Shown: positions 14,164 through 26,100 of the stretch, piece by piece
Layout of the letters: each line of letters opens with the position of its first letter
Numbering within the stretch: position 1 is the stretch's first letter
Assembly: GCF_037042905.1 (NCBI RefSeq)
Contig: NC_087245.1
Coordinates: forward strand, 40,364,001 to 40,428,000
Reading direction: 5' to 3'
DNA from: Lytechinus pictus
Taxonomy: Eukaryota
Length of the DNA stretch: 64,000 bases
Notes under the pieces: model-generated
The model's input: the letters and a program-made list of their open reading frames with translations, nothing else
Told to the model about the DNA's origin: nothing
The model's database searches: none
Made by a program: the position numbers and the translations under genes

Positions 14164-17100
14164 CTATCTAATGCTGACATGCAATGACCTGGATACCCGC
14201 TGGGCTGCGGTGAGAGGCGGTATGAATGCCGGAGTCTCGATGTGAATCTCGTCCCCGTGCGTCATGTCGTAGCGGCTCATCGGAAGCAGGTCCTGATGGA
14301 GGAGGTTCAACTCGGTCTCTCCTGTGTGAGGGCACTTGGAATGATGGTACATGCGTATAACCCTAGACAAGACAAACATTGGAATATATTTCATTGAGAG
14401 GTGTACTTTTCTCAATCTCTCACATGCAGTAATACTCACCACTCCATTTTCACTCCTCTTTAATTATTTTTCATTTAAGTTCTTTTCATTCAACCCATCT
14501 GCCTAACCACATTTTGATCTCTAAAGCTTATCTAGGTGTATCTCTATGGATTAATAGCTGAATTTTCCCCCACTACCGCTAACATGACATCCCAATTTGA
14601 TGTTTTCTAAATTGCAAATTATGTGTTCTCCAATGACAGGTACAAAAAAGATTAAGCAGTGGTCAACGGTTAAAATCTCAGAGAAACGTGTTTTGATTAT
14701 ACACGCACATTACAGATTGCAGATAAAGCCAGGCATTGTAAACACTGCAAACAGGTTTTATCACGTTTTCCAACGATGCAAGGCTTTGTCTCGTTCGATT
14801 TTGCTTCAACTTCCACGATGTTCACAATATTTATCGAAAATCAAACTTTTGCACATAAAAAATTGTGTTTCCTGTGGAATTCCATTAATTCAGATCAGAG
14901 TTCCTTCTCCCATATCATGATATTTCTTTACTGTAATCTGTTTTAGCTACAGGAAACTGGAGGATACATGGTAATATACAATAAGACAGAGACTAACGTT
15001 TTTGGTTTGTCGAGCAGCTTCGCACAGTATTTCCTGAGTTCAGAGACATTCTGTACCACATGGATGGTTGCCTGGTGGATGCATCTACCGCTGTAGACGA
15101 AGGACAGGTGCGCATGCTCCTGATATCCTCTACTAATATCAATCTCTGTGATAGGCTTGAGTGCACCTGGAAAAGGACAGAGAGGAAATTGTTTTTAACC
15201 CTTCGCGCATGATGTTGCAATCTTGCACATTCGTACAATTTAATTCCACAATCGTAATAATTAAGTTTCTCCCCTACCTTCAAATTAGATAAGCTAATAA
15301 AAGGCAATAGTTTTTGGATAACATCTATATAATGATAATAAGTATCAATGGTGCAATATGGAAATCTTGAATTAAAGAAAATAACTTGGAAACAATTGTC
15401 ATTATTATTCCCCAAAAATTAATTCAGCGTAAAAAAGAGTTAAGGTCAAGTCCACTCCAACAAAAAGTGGATTCAAATAGAGAAAATTCAATATCAATCT
15501 CTGTGATAGGCTTGAGTGCACCTTGAAAATGAAAGATAAGAAATTGTTTCTTAAAGGTCAAGTCCACTCCAACAAAGAGTGGGTTTAGATAAGAGGAGAA
15601 AATTCAAATAAGCAAAAGCCAACAATTTCATCCAAATCAATGTAAAATAAGAAAGTTATGATTCTGCTATTTAGATAATTTCAGCCAATCACGTCATCAC
15701 CTATTTGTTGAGCTGCGCTGTCGCAGCACAGGCAACATGCACGTAAAAGAGGAGGTGCCTTTGAGATGCAGTGTATCGTGAATGTTGCAATGTGTGTGCT
15801 GGCATGCGATGTGACTGCACTGAGATGCGATTGGCAATGTATTGCAATTGGATCTTTATAGTGCAATCACACCATATAGGGTGCGCGGGGCTTTACAAAG
15901 AGTTGTGATTGATCCGTTCACTCTCAACTATGGAAGTCCAACAATGTCACGATTCTTTAAACAGGGGGTGTTTCACAAAGATTTAAGTATGACTTAAAGT
16001 CGCACTTAAATGCCTAGTTGCGTGCGGTATAAAAGACATCATCTCATTGATCAGATCATGCCAAGAGGATGCGCATGTATTGATCAAATAAGTTCGCACG
16101 TTCAATGTCTTATACGCGTTGGCATTTAAGTACGACTTGAAGTCATACTTAAATCTTTGAGAAACACTCCCCAGGAAAAGAAGGTAAAGGACAAGTTCAC
16201 CCCAGAAAAATATTGTCCAGATAAATCGGGGTGTTCACATTGTTAAAGGACAAGTCCACCCCCCAATAAGGTTGATTTGAATAAATAGAGAAAAATCGAA
16301 CAATCATAACACTGAAAATTTCATCAAAATCGGATGTTAAATAAGAAAGTTATAAAATCTTAGTTATGCTTATTTTTCACAAAACAGTGATATGCACAAC
16401 TCAGTGACATGTAAATGAGACAGTCAATGATGCCCCTCACTCACTATTTCTGTTGTTTATTATTGTTTGAATTATACAATATTATTTCATTTTTTTTACA
16501 GATTTGACAATAAGGACCGACTTGATTGAACCATATAGTATTAAATAATGCTAATTCCACATGTTCATGGAGGAATTAATTGTTGTTTCACTTGACAGTG
16601 AGGAGAAAATTATATTTCATTTAATAAAATACAAAAGAAATAGAGTGGATGATGTCATCAGTCTCCTAATTTGCATACTGACCAAGACGTGTATATTTTT
16701 TGTGAATTAAGTGAACATTTAAAATGTCATATAACTTTCTTATTTTACATCCAATATTGATGGCATTTTTAGTGTTATGCTTGTTTTCTCATTTCATTAA
16801 AATCAACCTTATTGGGGGGTGGACTTGTCCTTTAACAATGTGAACACCCCGATTTATCAGGACAATAATGCTTAATCACACATCGTATTCTCAATAACTT
16901 TGCACCGACTTCTGAATTATAAATATTGGAGTTGCTGGCTTTCCATAGTTAAGAATGATTGGATCAATCACAACTCTTTGTGAAATGGGAGCGAGATCCT
17001 TGCTGAAAGATGAATGAAATGACCATCAATGTGAACTCACCGTGTCTGTTCACCAGATCCTCAATCCATGAAGGGGGCTCGGGATGTTCATCGAAATGAC

Positions 17101-20100
17101 GAATGAAGAAACGTTCACTCTTCTCTCTCTCCTCTTCCTTTATCTCACTCCCATTGAGGATCTTAATATTGGGTAGGCTGTCGACAGAATTAAAAAAAGT
17201 TGAATTCAATTCCAAATTACATAAAATTTGGGAAAAATTGGTGGTTAATCAATTCTATTTTATTATGCAACTCGTGATATCCTGACAATGTATGCTAAAA
17301 AAGCTTTGTCTGATCGGTTGAATTATTAGAACAAATATCCTCTACACAAGGGTTGATTGTAATAAGAGAAAATGTGAGTAAATTACACTGTCCCGACCAG
17401 GAATTGAACCCGGGAAACTGGCCTGCATGACCAACTATGCTCTACCAACTGAGCTATCTAGGCTCCTGTTGAGTCAACATAGCATTCCCACACTGGCCAG
17501 TCTCTTGCAGTTTGTTACTTGGTGCAGTCGGGTTCATCATACAATTTCCCCCAAAGCTGGCCAAATCCATGCCTACAGATTTCTTTGGTAGACAAATACA
17601 TGTAGTCCTCCTAAAATATAATTGCGTAAAGATCATAATTACCCCTAATAATACATGTAATAAAGTTCTTGGGGTTATATCATAAACTTAATAAAAACTT
17701 GCATCAGAGAGATATCCATTGTAAACGAAATGTAGCAAAATTCTTGGTCATGTCCTAGGAAATTCAGAACAACATGTACAAGAACCCTGGTATATATTCA
17801 AAGGAAGAAACTATCAAAATGTTACAAGCAACAAACCATTTATGCCATCAACATGACAAAATTAAGGAACTCCATTTTACTGAGCAATTTAAAAACATAT
17901 TCAAACTTTTTGTACATCCAGCTCCCATTTCATTATCTTCCATTTTCACTTAACTTTGTGAACTACTCAAGCCATGATACTCTGAAAGCATTGACCTTTT
18001 TGTATTAAGCACAAAGCAGAGACAAATCATTTCAGGTAGGTCCAGCATGTAGATGGTCAGATATACATAATGTCTGCTATTGCTTTGTTTTATAAAGAAA
18101 AACATTCTTGTGGAACTCACCTAGCAACTAGCAGCTTTCGTCTTTCATCCGAAGCAAGATTCTTAAGGAAAGGCACACCCTAGTGAGAAAGAGAAAGTAA
18201 ATTCATACAAATTCAGTGATGGGGCTGGTGTTGGAAGTACATTTCATATTGCCTTTCCTAGCACCACCCGAGGTGAATTGATCATATTGGCATTAGTTAT
18301 ATGTAGGTCTGCCACTATGCTACAGCAACTTCGAAGAGCGCCATCTCGAGACCTAAAGTAACTCTTAGGGACCCTGCATCCTTATCCAGAATGCAATATT
18401 TTGATATGCAGCCTTGATACACTATAATGATGAATGATTTCCTTCTAATCTTCATAACATTCATACCACAATATTTGCCAAATTTCTCAATGCTTCCGGG
18501 CATTCCTATTTTTTCAATGGAGATCAAATGACCATGATATTTCTTAAAACCAAAATTATAAATATATTTCTGATTGCTGACGAAAGTGTATTAATACAAA
18601 GGCCTACCAAAGGCCATTCACTGTTTTCTGAGCCCAGTGCCCCTCTATAGTCGTCTTAATTGGTTGAAGTACTACTGAAACCTGTGATGTCTTTGACAAG
18701 ATAACTCACCTTAACCCGAAGAGATTCCAAGCAGGGGAATGCCCTGATAGACTCCACATCAGACCACTGATCCACCTTGGTATTTGTCACACACAGTACT
18801 TTCAGGTTTGGAAACCAGGTAAAAGGACATATAGATGGCATCTCCTCCTCTATTTCCTCCACTGTTTCCACCATCTCCACTACCTCCTCCTCTTCATGGC
18901 CGATGGCTTCATCGGCGTCCCAAGCAATTTCAAAGTAGGCAAACTTATCAGTGTTGATATCAGCAAGCACTTCGTCATTGCGGTTATCGCTCTCTGGGAC
19001 AGTACCGGAAGCATCCAGGGGCTTCTTCTCAGAAAGTTTCCTCCTCTTGTCTTCAGACTTTGGGGACAACAGAGGGACTGGTTTAGCACCGTGTTCACTG
19101 ATACCCGGTAGCACTTGATGGACGGCCTTCTCTGCGACGAGCGGGTTGTCCTGTCTCATCGCTCCGTAGCCAGAATCACCGCAAGGATCGCCGTCTTCGG
19201 AACCCTGGCTGGAGAGTCTCTCCTTGGGGATGCGTCTTGGTGTGTTTGGCTGGCAGTCCTCCATGCCACTGTCGTACGACGGATCGGAAACCCTGTGGGA
19301 CGGACTGCAGGATGGATCGTCCTGGCTTGTTTGGGTGGACATGGTGGAGGCATCTTCGATGAGTTTGTCCAGAATCTCGGTCACCACATCACAAATGACG
19401 GGATCGGGTCGGTTATCTGAGCATACATCCATTTTATTATTTACATCCTGTACAAAGTGCACCACATATATATCAATATAATACAATGGAATGGCAAGTT
19501 TGACCAATAAAACATAAATTCAGCATAATAAGTTGTAGTCCAAATACATGTTTCACACCATTCTGAATTCTACTAACTTCTTTCAATTTATAAACATTAA
19601 CTTTAAGATAAATTCCAGTTGTGGGAACGATCTCAAAATTACTTTTTACAGAATTTAATATAATGATCGCCAAAGTGTCTGTTTGTATGAATAAAAAATA
19701 TGTGCCAAAGGATTCTGGAAGAAATTGTGTAATTGCTGAGAAATAAGCACGGATTCGGTCACTTCCGTCGGGTCTTTATTCCAGCAATAATAATACACTG
19801 TCCCACGTGTGCCTATCTGTGTTGGCGATCTTCAGTGTGATCGTTTTTTAGCAAGATATTATGATTTCACAAAGTTCAGTTTATGTGACTGTACCAGATT
19901 TAGATCCATGATGATATATCAATACTTTACCTTGGTTTTAGAGACTTTCTCACGAAATCAGTGTTTTACTGCAACTACGTTCATTTAGCTTTAAAGTAAC
20001 TAATAATCTAGTTATTTACTTATAGAGCAAAATGTCAACTTGTAGGCTTAATGTACATCATCAAATCTGTTACCATTGGCATTACACTTTTTATCAGGCA

Positions 20101-23100
20101 GTACATGCATATACATTTGGTGGGTTACCTAAAGCAAACTCACCTCTCCATCCTCCTTGCCTGGTATAGCAACGACATAATGGATGTTGGACAGTGGATT
20201 CTCTGATAACATCAAGGTGTGAAGAGCAGGCAGTAGAGACAGTGGAATGACCTGCTCCCAACTGTAGAACAGGATGTCAGGTATAATCAATTAGTATCTC
20301 ATTTAGAGGTACATGTAATTTTAGTGGGTTTTAATTACAACATACATTTAGTCTGTCTGATCAGGGGTCCATTGCAGAAAGAGTTGCGTTTAAACGCAAG
20401 TAAAAAAAATCAATCGCAAGTCCCAAATGCGCGCTGTTGATTGGTTGAAAATCAAGTTGCGATTGATATTTAGAGTTGCGATTGATTGCAACTCTTTCTG
20501 CAACGGACCCATGGGGCATATTGCATATATTGCACATATTGCATATATGCAACAGAGATGCCAACCTAAAGGGATGGTTGTCAGGAATATTTACCATATT
20601 TGTCAGGAACAAATGGGAGTTTCTCAGGAACATCCCGCGAAGTAGCATCGTTTATACGCTCAACCACCCAATCGCCATTGACATTGTGCATGCATGAACC
20701 GCGGCTTGCACTCCGCACTTCACTGTGTATTCAGCAGCAGCGCGCGGAGGCGCTTGCAATAGAAATCTCTGTAGAGAAACTCTCGTTGGTTTACCGTTGG
20801 CCACACACACGCTGCATGCACGATACATGTATACACAATACACGCATATACATGCACAATACACAATACACGCACATATACACATGCACAGCAAAGCAAT
20901 ACACAATACACATGTATTGTAGTTGTTTTTTCCGTAACCTTTTTATTGTTGCCGTAACACCGTAATTGGAGGAATAAAATCGGAACAAATACGGCGAATC
21001 CGTAACGGTTGGCATCTCTGTATGCAATAGCAAGGGCCGTCTCATAAAGACTTACACCTATATGGTTACTTTGCCATTATTGTAACTACCAAAGAAACCT
21101 TGATTGTGATTAGCTGCTGAGCCCTGTTACCATGGTAGCTACCATAAGGGCAAGGTTACCATACATGAAGTAGTAACTTTATGAAATGGGCCAATTTGGA
21201 TTCCACAAAGTGCCAAAGTCTGACGAATTCCGCATAGGTACATGTATAAGATATCACCCCATACTGCACTATCTGTTGAATAATGATCATTAAAGATAAT
21301 AATTATATTGGATGGATTTCCTTCATGAGATACCAGAAATATTCCACTCCATTCCACAAATCCCACAGAATTGATCTAATCTCACTTCATATTGATCATT
21401 TTCAGGCCTGCCAACATTCAAAAATGAAAAAAAAGGAGTCCTAATCACGCGGCGCGAATTTTTCTGCTCCATGTCAGGTATGTCTCCCTCACTTTTCTCT
21501 AAAGATAGATATGTAGCATTCTCATATTCAAACATCGAGAAATTACAAGTGTTGAAATATTATATTACTCATACACTTATATACACACACCGATACCCCA
21601 CAACACAAATGCATACATGTATATGGGCTGACTTATTTTTTATCTTAAATAAATGGAAAAACAGAGTGCTCCTCTTTTTGGTTGATAAATAATAATAAAA
21701 ACATTGTAACGCCTGGAAAAAAGGGAATAGTTGGCAGGCCTGTATCTTTAGTAGCAGAATGCCTGAACTGCAGCCTTTGCACGGGTCCCCAAAGAAAGCA
21801 CGAGGGTTCTCACCTTGTGTAGTTATTATCTGTGAGATGGAGGACTTCCAACTTTCCGAAACATTCTCTGAGACATTCTGCAGAAGCTTGGATGTCGGTA
21901 TAGCCTATATATAAAAGAAAATTCAAATCAAATGACAGAATACTCTTTACTGCTTGCATGGACAACAAATGAAATAATGGGAAATATCTTTAGATTCATA
22001 AATGAAATAGCTCTAGATAATATAGAACATTAAGTCACAGACTTTCTGCCATTGTTTACATATCTGGGGAATTACGCCACTTCCTGGCCAGAGGGATTGA
22101 CAATGTGGGTAAAATTTGTGGCCAGATAGAGTTGTATTAGTTCAGTGACAGAACGGTTACCACTGTGTGCTGCTAATGCATCCACAATGAGCGTGTCCCT
22201 TATACTAGTGGTTTGCACTGGGGTTCAGATGTGTAGTGAGATTCATATGCACCGTCAACGTTACTAAACCAAGTTCAGCCATGTAGGCCAACTATGCTCT
22301 CTGTGTTCAATTCATACACCATATGTATGGTACCTGTGGCCCGTTTCATCAAGCTGTTCGTAAGTTACGAATGACTTTACGCACGACTGGTGACCATTTC
22401 TTGTTCTAAATGATATTCCTATATATAACTGATATGGTGCCTGAGAACAGGTTCCAGTCCTGCGTAAAGTTGTGCGTAACTTTACGAACAGCTTTATGAA
22501 ACACCACCAAGAAGGTATCTACAAACTCTCATCAAGGCATCAATTTCCACATTGAAGTCTCACAAAATACACTGTACATGTATGAAGCAAGATTTTCTGC
22601 TCATCACAGAGATGGTAGCAAGAACCAAAAATATTTGCCAAGGGCCAGTATCACAGCGCTTAGTGCTTCATTATAGGAATTATTATTTTTTTTTTATTAC
22701 ATTAATAGCAGAACTGTTCACTGGAATAATACAAATCTTTAAAATTCAATAACTTTGGTATTTGTTGTCCGATTTTGATCAAATTTTCTGCATTTTGCTC
22801 TGTGAATTTTACTCTACTTATTGAGACATAAATATCATAAGCACAGAGCATCCCTTTGTTAACCGTTATGTGCAATCAAAAATAAAAATCAACTCTACAA
22901 TCGATCACTAAACTCTGCGATACCGGCCCCAGGGTTTATACCCGTAGGAATTAAATCACTCACCGTTCTGACTGGCGTGCAGCTCCCGAAGCCGTGGAAG
23001 ACATCGGCATATCAGGAGGATCTCACCCCAGGACACACCCGTGTTGTTGAGCACCAAGTTTTCTATACCAAACCGCACACCAGAGAGGTTGGCAAGGGAT

Positions 23101-26100
23101 TTCTGTAGTGGTTCAAGAAAAGGAACAGATGAAACTGATAATAATAATAATACTCAACATTTATAACACGCTTTTCCCACATGGCCCAAAGCGCTCACAA
23201 TTTCAGTTAACTTATTTATACAAACAAAAAATCAGAATAACATATTAAATGAAGGCTGTTGCCTAGAACAAAAGAGTTTTAAGGGACTTCTTTAAGGACT
23301 CAATCGTTGGGGATTGTCTTATTGTGAGAGGGAATTTGTTCCATTCCATTGAGGATGCAACGGTGAATGTTCTATCTCCGGTCTGTTTTCTTTTAGTTGG
23401 ATATGTTAATTTAAGTGGGTCTTCAGAGGATCTAGTTCTGCTACCTGGGACATAAATTTCTAAACAATCAGACAAGTATTTTGGGGCTGATTTTAAACTG
23501 ATCTTTAAATAGCCATGTATGACATGCAAAACCATGTGCAACCATAAAAAATCTGTATCTGATTTGGAGCCAATTCTGAGTTACTTGAGAAGAATGTATA
23601 TGTATATTGTTGGATTTTTCTCTTTTTTATTCAAATCAACTTTCAGTTGGGATAGCCTTGCACTTAAACAACTTTTTTGTCACATTTTTCTTACCCTATA
23701 TAATGTCACATAAATATATATATGAAGTACATTTACTTTCCAAGCACCAATTGTTGTAGTAAAGGTTTTTTTTTTTCTCCTGATGTTGGTAATTTCGATA
23801 ACCTTTTCACTGTATGCATGTACATCACCCGATTATAAAAAACAACCCTTTTTACGAGTATTTGTGGACAAGCACGGTTGTCACCTCTCAATGACCACCC
23901 CCCCCCCCCCGCCCCGGAGAAGATGCAGTATTCATTCACCTTTGGATCTTGTATCCGATTCCCACTAAGGTTCACGAACTGAAGCTTGTCCAGAGACCGG
24001 AGTATACTGATGACTTCATCCCAGCAGCCAATCAGATTGTTCGATATATCCAGGTCTGTCACATTTGGACAAAGGGAGGCTAGTCCATCTGAGGAGATAC
24101 CGGCATGAGTGATACTGTTCATTGATAATACCTGACGGACAAGAAAAAGGAGGCAAATGTTCAATAATATTAATAATAATAATGATAATAATAATAATAA
24201 TAATAATTATTAAAAAAATAATAATCATAATAATAATAATAATTATAATAGAATGATGATAATAATGATAATAATAATGAATAATAATAATAATAAACAA
24301 TGATAATAATAATTATAATAATAAGTATAATAATTCAAATTCAAATTCAAATTCATTTATTTCACTTCCATCAAACAAAAACAAATTGTATACCATATAT
24401 AAAACATAAATATTTGTATCCGTTGCAAACAAAATTAATTATACATATGTAGTGAAAAAAAAACACTTAGACGATTTGGGCAACACATTGTAGGTTTTAA
24501 ATATATATACTATTTTTCAATAGAAATTAAATTAAGATGGAAATGGAGGGACCCACTAAAAAGCAATGCTTGTACAATGTGGGCCCCTCAAGAAATAGAT
24601 AACACAACAAATAACAAAATAACAAAGTATAAATACAGATAATCAAATGAGAAAAGAATGAATAAATGAGAGGGAAATACTCACAAAATAAATACAAAGT
24701 AATAAAAAATATACAGTTTGGTGAAGGACAAAACAACCCGTCCTAAAAATATCTACCCTTCCCACCCCCCCCCAGAAAAACTTGAGAAGAAAAAAAAAGG
24801 GAAAAAAGGGGGAGAATGCCCTGAGAAGATGGATGGGTGCTGCTGTACGTAGATAGAACACATGCCGTCGTGGACTCAAGCAAACTGGATTCAATGATGT
24901 GTATAAGAGGAGAAAAAATATATAAAATAACCTGGAAAGAATATAATGCACGAAAAATGTGATTGATGCCGTTAAACAAATAACCGGTAGGAAGGCGGAT
25001 AAGCGGACTGGAGAGGAGAAAATATAATAATAATAATAACATAATAATAATAATGGTAATAGTAATATTAATAAAAAAATAACATTAATATTAATAATAA
25101 TAATAATATAACTGATTTGATGCATATTGCTGCAACATATTTTATCAAGGGAGACATACATGTATCATTCGCCCTTATATGGAAAAATGAAATTATGATT
25201 TCATGTAAAAAAATTAAAGTGTGGATGAGACATCATCAGCCCACCTAATGAATATTCATGATGACATACATATATATATATATATATAAACTCTTGACAT
25301 ATTGCTTCTGTTATAATCCTTGGAAAAAATGTTAGTGCAAATAAACAAATAAAATGTAACATCAATGATTCACATGAAAATGCAGGAACTATATGATCAT
25401 ATATGTCAAGACATGTTTTGTGATTTATAAGTACAGTGACTATGAAAATAATATTGATTAATTATTTATTTATTATTATTATCATTACTATTATCCTATA
25501 CTTAAATAAATAATTGGCAAAGATGTCTTCAATCCAGGCCACAATGACTATCAAAAGGCTTTAATTAAATCAAAGTTGGCATACTGGATTGTTGAGACAT
25601 ACTGTACTTAATCATATTTTCAATCAATCAGCAGAACAAATGGGAAAATATAACTCCAATATTTCCCACTTGGTTTAACTTGTTGCTCGTTCAGTTGCTC
25701 AAAGCATTTTCTTTTATAGTCTCAATATTTCAAAGTGACTCCTTTAAAAAAATGAGAAGAAAGTAGTACAAGGGCACATTGCAAAATGTAGTTTGTGTGA
25801 GATGAAGCAAATAAAAAATGCAAGAAACCACAAAGAGCAACATTACTCCGACCTTCTCACAGAAAAAAAATAAAGCTTGTGAACTGAGGAAATGGTTAAT
25901 TAGTCAGAGTATTAAGTATGTGCACCATCATATTTACGGATAGTGCATCCACAAAAATACATGGATGGAACTTTACGTTGAGTCTTTTCAATATTTTAAA
26001 GAGGAATATTTTTTAACATGAAATATGCTTTTAATATTTTCAAAAACTAATTTATGGTACAAAATATTCAACAAAATAGAAATAAGAATTGTTTGAAAAA

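Noticed and set aside
17391..17463. Functional tRNA gene
   Set aside because: Anticodon arm and acceptor stem pair poorly; kept only as a SINE head or pseudogene.
18880..19481. Alternative-frame and antisense ORFs over TBCEL exon 6
   Set aside because: Shadows of a GC-richer coding exon.
20361..21045. Cluster of overlapping 60-120 aa ORFs
   Set aside because: Lie within MITEs and CA-rich low-complexity sequence; no transposase motifs.
24016..25161. Ile/Tyr/Leu-rich ORFs (94, 172, 99 aa)
   Set aside because: AAT microsatellite and low-complexity intron sequence; no domain or splice support.
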